From: an uncultured Alphaproteobacteria bacterium
Lineage (GTDB): Bacteria > Pseudomonadota > Alphaproteobacteria > Rhizobiales > Xanthobacteraceae
Direction: 5' to 3'
DNA length: 64,000 bases
Assembly (NCBI GenBank): GCA_963737755.1
Contig: CAVTTZ010000033.1
Location: forward strand, 803,056 to 867,055
A program made the translations under genes and the position numbers. The number at the start of each line of letters is the position of its first letter. Positions within the stretch are counted from its first letter, which is position 1. Below the pieces are notes generated by a model. It saw only the letters and a list, made by a program, of their open reading frames with translations. It did no database searches and had not been told where the DNA came from. Below, piece after piece: positions 10,314 through 20,153 of this stretch.

Positions 10314-10346
10314 TTGACATGTCAACGCGACCCTGTTTAGGTCGCG
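10314..10346. promoter_or_regulatory. Two adjacent palindromes (TTGACATGTCAA and CGCGACC-N7-GGTCGCG) in the divergent TetR/ivd intergenic region; candidate operator overlapping a TTGACA -35 element
   Basis: Perfect 12-bp palindrome 10314-10325 and 7-bp inverted repeat 10326-10346, 25-58 bp upstream of the ivd ATG (10372) whose SD is AGGGAGGA. Confidence 0.4.
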
Positions 10347-10371
10347 CCGGAAAAGATCAGGGAGGAATTCC

Positions 10372-11583
10372 ATGACGACTGCGGCAGCGGACACGCGCGC
10401 TCAGTCATTTGCGGCCGGCGGCTTCCGCCTGAGTGAAGACCAGGAAGAGATCCTCACCACCAGCGATCGCTTCGCGCAGGCGGAGTTATGGCCGCTGCAG
10501 CAGCGCATGGACGACGAGGAATGGTGGCCGCCGGAGGCGATGCCGGCGCTCGCCCGCATGGGCTTTCTCGGCGTCACCGCCCCGACGCAGCTTGGCGGCG
10601 CCGGCGGCGACTTCTTCACCTCGGGTTTGATTACGCAAGGGCTTGCGCGCTGGAACCCGGCGGTCGCGCTCAGCTACGTCGCCCACGAAAATCTCTGCCT
10701 CAACAACATCGCGCGCAACGGCTCCGATGAGATCCGCACGCGCTTCCTGCCGCGGCTGTGCGACGGCAGCGCCATCGGCGCGCTCGGACTGACCGAGCCC
10801 GGCGCCGGCTCCGACGCACTGGGCTCGATGGCGACGACCGCGCGCCGCGACGGCGATCATTATGTGCTCAACGGCAGCAAGCTCTACATCACCAACGGCC
10901 CGGTCGCCGAATTCTTCTGGTCTACGCCAAGACCGACAAAGCGCAGGGCGCCAAGGGCATTTCGGCTTTCGTGGTCGAGCGCGGCACGCCCGGATTCGCG
11001 GTCGCGCAAAAACTCGACAAGATGGGTTTTCGCGGCAGCACCACCGCCGAACTCGTGTTCAACGATTGCCGGGTGCCGGCAGAAAACCTTGTCGGCGCGG
11101 AAAACAGCCGGCGTCGCGGTGGTGATGAGCGGCCTCGACCTCGAGCGCGCGATCGTCGCCATGATCAATGTCGGCATGGCGGAACGCGCTTTCGCGCTGG
11201 CGCTCGACTACGCGAAGACCCGCAAGCAGTTCAACCGCCCGATCGGCGAATTTCAGCTCGTGCAGGGCAAGCTCGCCGACATGTACACCACGATCGAGAC
11301 GATGCGGACCTTCTGCTACCGCACGCTCGCCGAAGCCAACGATCTGGAAGTCGGCGGCGGCGGCCGCGGCGAAATTCACAAGCTCACCGCCGCGAGCATT
11401 CTCTATGCCGCGGAAGGCTGCACGCGGGTGATGGAGCACGCCGTGCAGATCTTCGGCGGCGCCGGCTACATGCGCGAGACCGAGATCAACCGGCTTTATC
11501 GCGCCAGCAAACTTCTGGAGATCGGCGCCGGCACCTCGGAGATCCGCCGGCTGATCATCGGCGGCGAGTTGATGCGGGGTTGA
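10372..11583 (+). CDS. Isovaleryl-CoA dehydrogenase-like acyl-CoA dehydrogenase, two frame breaks (about 10912 and about 11100)
   Basis: ORFs 10372-11583 and 10758-11621 alternate frames; joined sequence LLVYAKTDKAQGAKGISAFVVERGTPGFAVAQKLDKMGFRGSTTAELVFNDCRVPAENLVGAEN / KGVAVVMSGLDLERAIV.. matches IVD closely. Confidence 0.75.
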   Translation: MTTAAADTRAQSFAAGGFRLSEDQEEILTTSDRFAQAELWPLQQRMDDEEWWPPEAMPALARMGFLGVTAPTQLGGAGGDFFTSGLITQGLARWNPAVALSYVAHENLCLNNIARNGSDEIRTRFLPRLCDGSAIGALGLTEPGAGSDALGSMATTARRDGDHYVLNGSKLYITNGPVAEFFWSTPRPTKRRAPRAFRLSWSSAARPDSRSRKNSTRWVFAAAPPPNSCSTIAGCRQKTLSARKTAGVAVVMSGLDLERAIVAMINVGMAERAFALALDYAKTRKQFNRPIGEFQLVQGKLADMYTTIETMRTFCYRTLAEANDLEVGGGGRGEIHKLTAASILYAAEGCTRVMEHAVQIFGGAGYMRETEINRLYRASKLLEIGAGTSEIRRLIIGGELMRG

Positions 11584-11794
11584 GCGTTCATTCGATCGTA
11601 CGGCGTGTGCGCTTTTTCTGAACGCAAATCAGCCAGCGTCGTCGAAGGGCCGAGCCTCGAGCGGCCGCTGACATCGATCAGCCATGTAACAAAGATAAAC
11701 TCCGTCACCATCGGATGCATCGATGGACTTTTTCGCGTGCCCGGGCGAAAGTCGCGCCACGCTGAAATCCCCGTTTTTATTCAATGGCCGTCCA

Positions 11795-13336
11795 TGGTCG
11801 AGAAACAAGACGCGGGTAACGGCTCAGTCGGATCGGGGCGATCCCGCACTGAGAGCCGACGAAGGCGTCCTCGGTCGAAGCGGGCGCCGAAAGTCGTTGC
11901 AACAGCTGACCCGACAAAATCATCGGCCAAGATGGAAACGAAATTTGGCTCTAGGCGCGCTGGCCGTCGTGTTGCTGGCGGCCATCTGGAAATTCGGCAT
12001 CCCGTGGATCGAACTGACGCTCAACACAGTCTCGACGGACGACGCCTATGTGAGCGGGCACGTCACGTTCGTTGCCCCGCGCGTCAGCGGCCAAGTCGCC
12101 AGGGTTTTGGTCGACGATAACAACCGCGTCCGCAAGGGTGACCTCCTCGTTCAGTTGGACAAGGAGCCCTACGAAGACGACGTCGCCGTGAAACGAGCAG
12201 CCGTCGAAACCGCCAAGGCGGATTTGCTCGCCGCCACGGCCACGGTGCGTGGCCTTGAAGCCCAGGCCAGGAGCCAGTTCTGGCAACTGGAAAACGCCAT
12301 GGAGGACGTGGACAACCGGATGGCCCAGTTGCGGGCCCGCGTTGCCACGCTCGACAAGAACAACGCCGCGCTCAAGTTGGCGCAGCTGGATTTCGCCCGC
12401 GCCGAACAATTGCTGCCGTCGCAAACGGTAAGCCGGCAGGAATATGATCGGCGGCAGGCGGTGCTGTCGGAAGCGCAGGCGGAGGTGGCGCAAGCTACCG
12501 CGGATGTGCATCAAATCCGAGTCTCCTTGGGCTTGCCGGCGCAGCCCAAAAGCGGCGATCTCGGCGAGGTGCCGGCCGGATGTCGACGAGACCTTCTCGT
12601 CGGTCCGCGATGCGCAGGCCGCGCCTGATCCGCACAGCCGCTCAGCTCGGCGTCAGCCATTCCTTCAAGCAACTGCCGAAGCAGATGCTGCAGCAGTTCG
12701 AGAACCTCAATCGCGGTGACGTCGATCGAGACGCTTGCCGACATGACGACGAACGCTCCTGCGGTCAAACAAGCGCAGGCCAAGCTCGAAGCCGCCAATC
12801 GCGATCTCGTTCAGGCCGAGCTCAACCTTCGCTACTGTGACATTGTCGCCGAGATTGACGGCGTCGTGACGCGCCGCAACGTCAACCCGGGCAACAACGT
12901 CAAGGCCGGCCAGAGTTTGATGGCGCTGCGTTCGCTGAATGAAATTTGGGTCGACGCCAATTTCAAGGAGACGCAGTTGCGCGATCTGCGCATCGGCCAG
13001 CCTGTCGATCTGTACGTCGACATGTATGGCGGCCGGCACGTCTTCAAGGGCCGGGTCTCCGGCTTCACCATGGGCACCGGATCGACGCTGGCATTGCTCC
13101 CGGCGGAGAATGCCACCGGCAACTTTGTCAAAGTGGTGCAGCGGCTGCCGGTCCGCATCGACCTTGAAGACTACGATCCGAACCAGAATACGCTGTTCAT
13201 CGGCACGTCGGTCGTTCCTTACGTCTACATCAACAAGCCGGCCACCGGGCCCGACGCCGGCAAGTTTCTGCAGGCGAACAGTCCCTTCTCGCCCGACCGC
13301 CAGTCCGCCCCAGAGCCCGATCGGTCCGACAAATGA
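11795..13336 (+). pseudogene. HlyD/EmrA-type membrane fusion protein of a multidrug efflux pump with at least 4 frame breaks (pseudogene or low-quality sequence)
   Basis: Fragments in three frames: TM segment LALGALAVVLLAAIWKFGIPW, coiled-coil region, and C-terminal ..VDANFKETQLRDLRIGQPVDLYVDMYGG..GTGSTLALLPAENATGNFVKVVQRLPVRIDL (EmrA-like). Confidence 0.6.
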
Positions 13337-14946
13337 CCGTCGCGGCGGTTTCGCCATCAAGACCGCCGCGGCGGCTCGAAGCCCGTGGCTGGTGGCCGCC
13401 GTCGTGGTTGTGCCGACCTTCATGGAGGTGCTCGACACCACCATCGCGGTGGTGGCGTTGCGCTATATCGTCGGCGGCCTGTCGGCGACCGTCGATGACG
13501 GCGAATGGGTCATCACCAGCTATCTGGCCGCCAACGCCATCATTCTGCCGATCACCGGCTGGTTGAGCGCGCATCTCGGGCGCCGCAACTACTTCCTCAT
13601 ATCGATCGCCATTTTTACCATCGGCTCCGCGCTGTGCGGCATGTGCCGGCAGTCTCGGCCAGCTCATCCTGTTCCGCATCATTCAGGGTCTCGCAGGCGG
13701 CGGCCTGCAGCCGAGCAGTCAGGCCGTTTTGCTGGACGCCTTCCCGCGCGAAAGGCAGGGCGTGGCGATGACACTGTTCGGCCTGGCCGCCTTGCTGGCG
13801 CCGGTCGTCGGCCCGACCTTGGGCGGTTGGTTGACGGACCAGTACGATTGGCGATGGGTCTTTTTGATCAACGTGCCCTTCGGTCTCGTCGCCTTCGCGC
13901 GGATGTTACGCCGTGCTGCGCGACCCGGACTATCTGGTGAACGAACGTGCGGAGCTGAAGCGACGGCCGTTTCATTTCGACGGTCTCGGCCTGACGCTGC
14001 TCGTCGTCGTCATGGTGTGCTGGGAAGTAATGCTCAGCAAGGGCCAGGAATGGGACTGGATGGGCGACCCGTTCTGGCGCGTGCAGACGTTAGCCATTCT
14101 CTGTGCGGCGGGTTTGCTCGGATTGATCATCTGGGAATTGCGCAACCCCAACCCCGTGGTCAATTTCCGGCCGTTGCGCGAACGCAATTTCGCTGGCGTG
14201 CTGCATCATTATTTTTTGCGCTTATGCCGTGCTCTACGGCGCTACGAAATCTTTGCCCGGCTTGCTGCAATCGTTGTTCGGCTACAACGCGCTGGCCGCA
14301 GGGCTGGTCATGTCGCCGGCCGGCTTCTTCGCTGTCCTCGCCATGCCGATCGTCAGCCGGTTGCTCGGCCTCAAGACCGATGCCCGCTGGCTGATCGGCG
14401 GCGGATTGCTGCTCATCGCCGCCAGCAATTACTGGATGTCGCAGATGAACCTCGACATCAGTCCCGACCAGGTCATCTGGCCGCGCGCCGGCTTGGTCGT
14501 CGGACTGGCGATCGTTTTCGCGCCCGTGAACGTCGCCGCCTATCTGTACACGCCGCCGCTTATTGCGCGGCGCGGCGGTCGGCCTGTTGAGCCTGCTGCG
14601 CAACGAAGGCGGCAGCGTCGGCGTATCGATGGCGCAAACCCTGCAGGAACGACGCGACCAATTCCATACGCTGCGGCTGGGCGAGTCGCTGGATCCTCTC
14701 AATCCCGCGGTGCAGTCGTTTCTCGATCAGGCGCAAGCGCGTTTCCTGCAGCAGACCGGCGATCCGGTTGCCGCGCAGCAACTGGCGTTGCAGGCGCTGG
14801 AGAACCTGCGCCAGCAGCAAGCGTCGGCGTTGGCGTATTTCGATTGCTTCTGGCTGTTCGCCGTCGTGGCGTTCGCGGTCGCGTTCTGCGTCTTGTTGAT
14901 GAAACGTTCGGTCGCCGAAAAAGGCGCGCCCGTCGGCGGCGAGTAA
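13333..14946 (+). pseudogene. EmrB/QacA-type MFS efflux transporter with at least 5 frame breaks (pseudogene or low-quality sequence); ATGA overlap with emrA-like stop
   Basis: Pieces in ORFs 12939-13940, 13729-14394, 13913-14590, 14229-14990, 14563-14946 follow EmrB order (..FMEVLDTTIAVVALRYIVGGL.., ..FRIIQGLAGGGLQP.., ..VNFRPLRERNFA.., C-terminal tail). Confidence 0.6.
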
Positions 14947-15013
14947 GTCAAATATTTTTCAGCCGGCGCCGCACATATCCGCGCGCTTGATGCCTGCCTT
15001 CAGAGGCTTGACT

Positions 15014-15870
15014 TCATCCGCCGACATTAAACCAATCGGGGCGCGGGATGGTCCATTGGTCGCCCCAGATTTCGTTGCCGCCGTCGAGCGTGATCACGGT
15101 GCCGGTGATGAACGAGCCGGACGGGCCGGCGAGATAACAGACAGCATCGGCGACATCGCGCACGTCGCCGAAGCGGCGCACCAGATTGGTCTTCGGCATC
15201 GCTTCGCGCGCTTCCTCCGAATAGACGTTCATGCCTTCGGTGGCGATGATGCCGGGCGCCACGCAATTGATCTGAACGCCGAGCGGCGCCCATTCGATCG
15301 CGACGGTCTTGGAGAGCGCGACCACGCCCGCCCGCGCCGCCGCGGTGTGCGCGACGCCCGGCATGCCGCGCGTCGTCACCGCGACGATGTTGACGATGCG
15401 GCCGCCGCGCCCGGCGTCGCGCCAGCGCCGCGCCGCCTGCTGCATCATGTACCAGGTGCCGTTGAGGTTGGTGTCGACGACCGCGTTAAAGCCTTTCGGC
15501 GAAAAATCAATCGCGGCTTGCGGAAACTGGCCGCCGGCATTGTTGACCAGAACGTCGGCGACGCCGAACCGCTCGCCAACCGCATCGAACAATCGCGTCA
15601 CCGCCTCGGGATCGCGGATCGACATCGGATGGCTGAGAACCTCAGCCCCCAATCCCGAGAGCCTGCCGGCGACAGCCGCGAGCCGTTCGGCATCGCGCCC
15701 GCAGAGAACAAGCTTGGCGCCGAGCCGCGCGAACACAAACGCAATCGCCTTGCCGATGCCCGCGCCCGGCGCCCGGATACCAGCACCACCTGGCCGGCAA
15801 ACAAGCCGTCGCGAAACGTCAGCGGCATGGTGGCGAGTTCGTCGTCGGTCTTTCCGAATTGCTGAGTCAT
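15014..15870 (-). CDS. Short-chain dehydrogenase/reductase (SDR), one frame break near 15780
   Basis: N-terminal ORF 15598-15870 (..GQVVLVSG) plus ORF 15014-15736 (NNAG, catalytic region); AtuB-like position next to AtuA-like gene. Confidence 0.65.
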
Positions 15871-15916
15871 GTCGATCCGGCGTTTTACGCGGTCTGAGAA
15901 GCGCGGTGCCCAGTCT

Positions 15917-17706
15917 TTAGACGACGTGCGCCAACGCGGCGGGTACCGGTATCGGATAGTCCATCAGCATCTGCGCATATGCCTTGCCCTGCGCATCGAC
16001 GCGCAGCGAAGCGACGCCGCCGCCGCCGAGCGCATCGTGCAGCAGGAAGTTGAATGCGTTCATGCCCGGAAGCTCGAAGCGCTCGACCTTGCTGACGCCG
16101 AGATGCGCAAAGCAGTCGCGCACGACCTCTTCCATCAGCGCGGCGCGGATCCACGGCACATACTCGGGCTTGCGGGCGATCAGGCCGATGTTGGCGGAAT
16201 TGCCTTTGTCGCCGCTGCGGCCCGACCGCCAACGCGATCAGCGGCACGGTGGCATCGGCGACGCCGACCGGCTTCGGCGTCTCCGGCATCGCCGGCAGAG
16301 CGGCGACAACGGCTGCGACGGCGCGAACGGAACGGCGATCTCCTCGCCGTCCGATATGGACGATCTGCGTGATTTTCTCCTTCGGCCACAGGAAGGAAAA
16401 CAGCCGCAGCACCGGCTGCACGCTCGGCCGGCCGGCGAAGAAGCCGGTAATGCCCTGCGCCATCGACGAGCCCGGCGGGAAAATCTCCCGCGCCAGAAAT
16501 TCGAGCGCTTGTTGATCGGCGTGCCGCGCGCCGATCTTGAGCACGACCTCGCGGCTGTCCTTGGCTCCGGCTCGGCGCCAGGGCCCGTACATGCTCTCGG
16601 AGCCCAGCACCTCGATCGAGGTCTCGGAGAAATACGGCAGGCCGCGCGCGCTGAGCAGCCGGCGCACGCGCGCCAGGATCGCTTCGCCGGCGCGCTCGGC
16701 CTTGGCGGCGGCCTCGTAGCCACCGATGGTCAGCGTGCCGATGACGCGATAGCCGTCGGGATAGGTCGCGCTCACCTTCAGGGTCGGCGTCGGCGGGCGG
16801 CCGCGCGCGCCGGCTGACGCGCACCTGATCCGGGCCGCAGACGGACATCGTCACATCGCGAGAAATCGCAGACCACATCCGGCAGCATGTAGGCAGCCGG
16901 ATCGCCGATCTCGTACAGCATCTGCTCGCCGACCGAGAGCGGCACGACGAGCCCGCCGGTGCCCGGAGGCTTGGTGACGACGAACGATCCGTCGGCGCTG
17001 CACACCGCGATCGGCATGCCCATGTCGTCCCAGCCGGGAACGTCGCGCCAGTCGGTGAACAAGCCGCCGGTGACTTGCGCGGCGCATTCCAACAAATGGC
17101 CGGCGAGGCTGCCTTGCGCGAGCTTGTCGTAATCCGTCCACGACCAGCCGAAGGCGTGCACCATGCGGGCCGAGCACCACGGCGGAATCGACGCAGCGTC
17201 CGGTGATCACCACATCGGCGCCGCGGTCGAGCGCCAGCGCGATCGGCTGCGCGCCCAGATAGGCGTTCATGGTGGTCAGCTTTTCCGGCATGGCGGCGCC
17301 GGAAAACATCTCGGTAACGCCAGCGCTGCGAATTTCGTCAGCACGGCCGCTGAGGTCGTCGCCGGTGACGACCGCGATTTTCAGCGCGATGCCGGCCTCC
17401 TCGCGCCTTGCGCTGCAAGGCCGCAGCGGCCGCTTGCGGATTGATGCCGCCGGCGTTGGAGACGAGGCGGATGCCTTTTTGTTTGATCTCAGGCAGCAGC
17501 GGCGCGATCGCCTCGACAAAATCCGGAACATAACCGAGTTCCGGCTTGCGGGCGCGCGCCCGCGCCAGCAGCGACATCGTGATCTCGGCCAGATAATCGA
17601 ACACCAGAAAGTCGATGTCGCCGTGGCGAACAAGCTGTTCGGCGCCGGCGGTGCTGTCGCCCCAGAACGCCGAGGCGCAACCGATCCGCACTGTCTCGCG
17701 TGTCAT
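15917..17706 (-). pseudogene. AtuA-family (DUF1446 N-terminal region plus C-terminal ferredoxin-like domain) protein with at least 4 frame breaks
   Basis: Ordered fragments: [26 protein letters not shown].., ..[29 protein letters not shown].., ..[34 protein letters not shown].., ..IGTLTIGGYEAAAKAERAGEAIL.., C-terminal ..LMDYPIPVPAALAHVV. Confidence 0.6.
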
Positions 17707-17710
17707 GCCG

Positions 17711-18492
17711 CTCACCGCCCGGTCCAAACCGGCGAGCGCTTCTCATTGAAGGCGCGAAAACCTTCGCGCGCGTCCTGCGTGCGCGCCATCTGCGGCAGCA
17801 CGCGCTGCGCATATTCGAGGCCGGCCTCCAACGGAAACGCCATCGATCATCGCCAGCGCCCGGCGGCCCATGCCGATCGCGGTCGGCGACGACGCGACGA
17901 TCGATGCCAGCAGCGCCTCGAGCTTCTCATCGAGGTTGGCGCGCGGCACCACGTGGTTGACGATGCCGTGCACCAGCGCGTCCGCCGCGCTGATCGGCTC
18001 GCCGGTGACGCACAATTCCAGCAGCTTGCGCCGCGAAATCGTGCGCAGCATGAACGGCAGGATCATCATCGGAAAAATGCCGATGCGGGCTTCCGGCACG
18101 CCGAGCCGCGCATGATCGGCGACGATCGCGAAGTCGCAGGCGCAAACCAAGCCGAAGCCGCCCGCGAGCGCGTGGCCATTGACGCGCGCGATCACCGGCA
18201 CGCGGGCGTCGACGATGGCGCGGAACAGTTTGACCGCCGGATTGTCGCGCTCGGCCGGATCGACGGTGAACGGGTCGCCTTCGGCGTTCGGCTTGAGATC
18301 GCCGCCGGCGCAAAACGCCTTGTCGCCGGCGCCGGTGATGACGACGGCCCGGATGTCAGGAGATGCGTCCGCTTGCGCGATACCGGCGCGAAGGCCATCG
18401 AACACGGCTTCGTTGAGCGCGTTGCGGCGCTCCTCCCGGTCGATGGTGAGCCAAAGCGCCTGCCCTTTTTGTTCGCAGCGCACGTCCGGCAT
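17711..18492 (-). CDS. Enoyl-CoA hydratase/isomerase (crotonase), frame break near the C-terminus (about 17840)
   Basis: ITGAGDKAFCAGGDLK..; true C-terminus ..EGFRAFNEKRSPVWTGR found in another frame ending with TGA at 17711-17713, 4 nt before the AtuA-like ATG. Confidence 0.7.
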
Positions 18493-18586
18493 CGCTTCCT
18501 CCATATTGAGTTGGATTCATTTTTGGGGGAGACTAGATGACCCGCGCGGTAATGACAATGCGAAACGCGGGAACAGGGAGGATGGC

Positions 18587-19378
18587 ATGCCCGAGCAGGA
18601 CCTCGTGCTGGTTGCGACCGACGGCGGCATCGCGCGGATCACATTGAACCGGCCGGACCGGCTGAATGCGCTCGATCACGATCTGGCGGTGGCGCTGGCG
18701 ACGGCGCTGGAATCGCTCGAACACGATACCGGCCTGCGCGCGGTGACGCTGATGGGAGCCGGCCGAATGTTCATGGCGGGCGGCGATATCACCGTCTTCA
18801 AGAAGGCCGGCAACGATGCGCCGAAAGTGATCGGACTGCTGATCGATCTCTTCCATCGCATCATCCGCTCGATCCGCCGGCTGCCGGCGCCGGTGATCGC
18901 GGGCGTGCACGGCGCTGCCGCCGGCGGCGCGGTCGGGCTGGCGCTGGCTTGCGACTTCGTCATCGCCAGCGAGGACGCCACGTTCGTGCCGGCTTACGCC
19001 AAACTCGGCACCAGTCCCGACGGCGGAACGACATGGTCGGTGACACGGCTGATCGGCGCGCAGCGCGCGCTCGAATGGCTGATGCTCGGCGAGGCCATCA
19101 CTGCGCGCACCGCGAAGGACATGGGCCTGATCCATCGCGTGGTCGCGAAGGATGCGCTGGCCGGCGAGGTCGACGCGCTGGCGCGGCGGATCGCGAGCGG
19201 CCCTGCCACGGCCCAAGCGTCACTCAAGCGCCTCGTCGATCAGGCGCCCTACTCATCACTCGATGCGCAGCTCGATGCCGAGCGCGAAGGTTTTGTGCGC
19301 GCCGCCGGAACGGCTGATTTTCGCGAAGGCGTCGCGGCATTTCTGGAGCGGCGGCCGGCGAAATTCGGCATGCCGTGA
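18587..19378 (+). CDS. Enoyl-CoA hydratase/isomerase family protein
   Basis: Intact 263 aa; ARITLNRPDRLNALD.., AGGDI.., AGVHGAAAGGAVGLALACDF; SD AGGGAGGA before ATG 18587. Confidence 0.8.
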   Translation: MPEQDLVLVATDGGIARITLNRPDRLNALDHDLAVALATALESLEHDTGLRAVTLMGAGRMFMAGGDITVFKKAGNDAPKVIGLLIDLFHRIIRSIRRLPAPVIAGVHGAAAGGAVGLALACDFVIASEDATFVPAYAKLGTSPDGGTTWSVTRLIGAQRALEWLMLGEAITARTAKDMGLIHRVVAKDALAGEVDALARRIASGPATAQASLKRLVDQAPYSSLDAQLDAEREGFVRAAGTADFREGVAAFLERRPAKFGMP

Positions 19379-19501
19379 CGCGCATACGCGAGACCGATCG
19401 GCGAGTTTGTCGGTCGCATCGCAGGCGACGATTGTGTCCCCAGATTTCCGCTCCAAAGCGTTAGCCGCGCCGGCGATCGGGCCTCGCGCCGCGGCGACGG
19501 T

Positions 19502-19537
19502 GGAAAGCGAACAAACAACGGAAAGCGAACAAACGAC
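19502..19537. repeat. Two tandem copies of an 18-bp unit GGAAAGCGAACAAAC(A/G)AC in a GC-rich non-coding stretch
   Basis: Direct reading of sequence. Confidence 0.5.
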
Positions 19538-19983
19538 ATCGTTCTCGCGGCGCTCCGCGCCCGAGTCGTGCCCACCACGATGCGAAGATTTGCCTCCGAC
19601 GATGAGGGAGGCGAAGCGCCGAAAGGCGCAGTCCAACACTGCCGCTTGCGCGGCGGCGCGCCTCGTCGGGGCGCACCCGCCTTCCGGCGCTTCACCGCGG
19701 CATTCGCCACCGGCTATCACCCCGATGGCTCAGCTCCAGAACCGGGTTTCCCGAGCGTCTCAAGCGCGCGGGTGTTTTGCCCGCTTGCCTCTAGCCTCGG
19801 TTAAGCACGCTCCGTGCGGGCCGGTCCTTGTGCCGGCCGACCGGTGCCCCAGAGCCGCCCGGGTGCGGATCGCATCCATCCGCGCGCGGGGACCGCACTC
19901 GCTCCGTCTTCCGAAAGTGCCCTCGCGAAAGGCGCCCCTCAGCGAGCGAGATGGGATCGCATGTAACTAATATAGGGGACGAA

Positions 19984-20016
19984 ATGCAAGATATTGTCAC
20001 GTTCACGGTGACGTGA
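19984..20016 (+). other. Very small ORF (MQDIVTFTVT, 10 aa) with AGGGGA Shine-Dalgarno, bracketed by 8-bp inverted repeat GATGGGAT/ATCCCATC; function unknown
   Basis: SD 19974-19979, ATG 19984, TGA 20014; inverted repeat at 19950-19957 and 20032-20039; lies at GC-content transition into the low-GC island. Confidence 0.15.
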
Positions 20017-20153
20017 GCCAAGCGGACGCCCATCCCATCATAAATTCGAGGCGATGTCCGGCTTCACGGGCAAAGCGGGCGGCGTGATTTCCGCTTTTGA
20101 TCCAAGCGCAGCTTGTTTCGCAGCCTGTTTCAGCTTAGCAGCGACAATGCCCG

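Noticed and set aside
7330-10910. EcoRI (GAATTC) sites coinciding with frame-break positions (7339, 10906) and start regions (10362, 37202)
   Set aside because: About six such sites are expected by chance in 64 kb at this composition. The indels at other sites have no common motif.
19380-19990. Possible tRNA, tmRNA or other structured RNA at the island boundary
   Set aside because: No T-arm-like GTTCGA/GGTTCGANTCC, no tag-peptide reading frame and no RNase P or 6S hallmark could be found. Only generic GC-rich hairpins are present.
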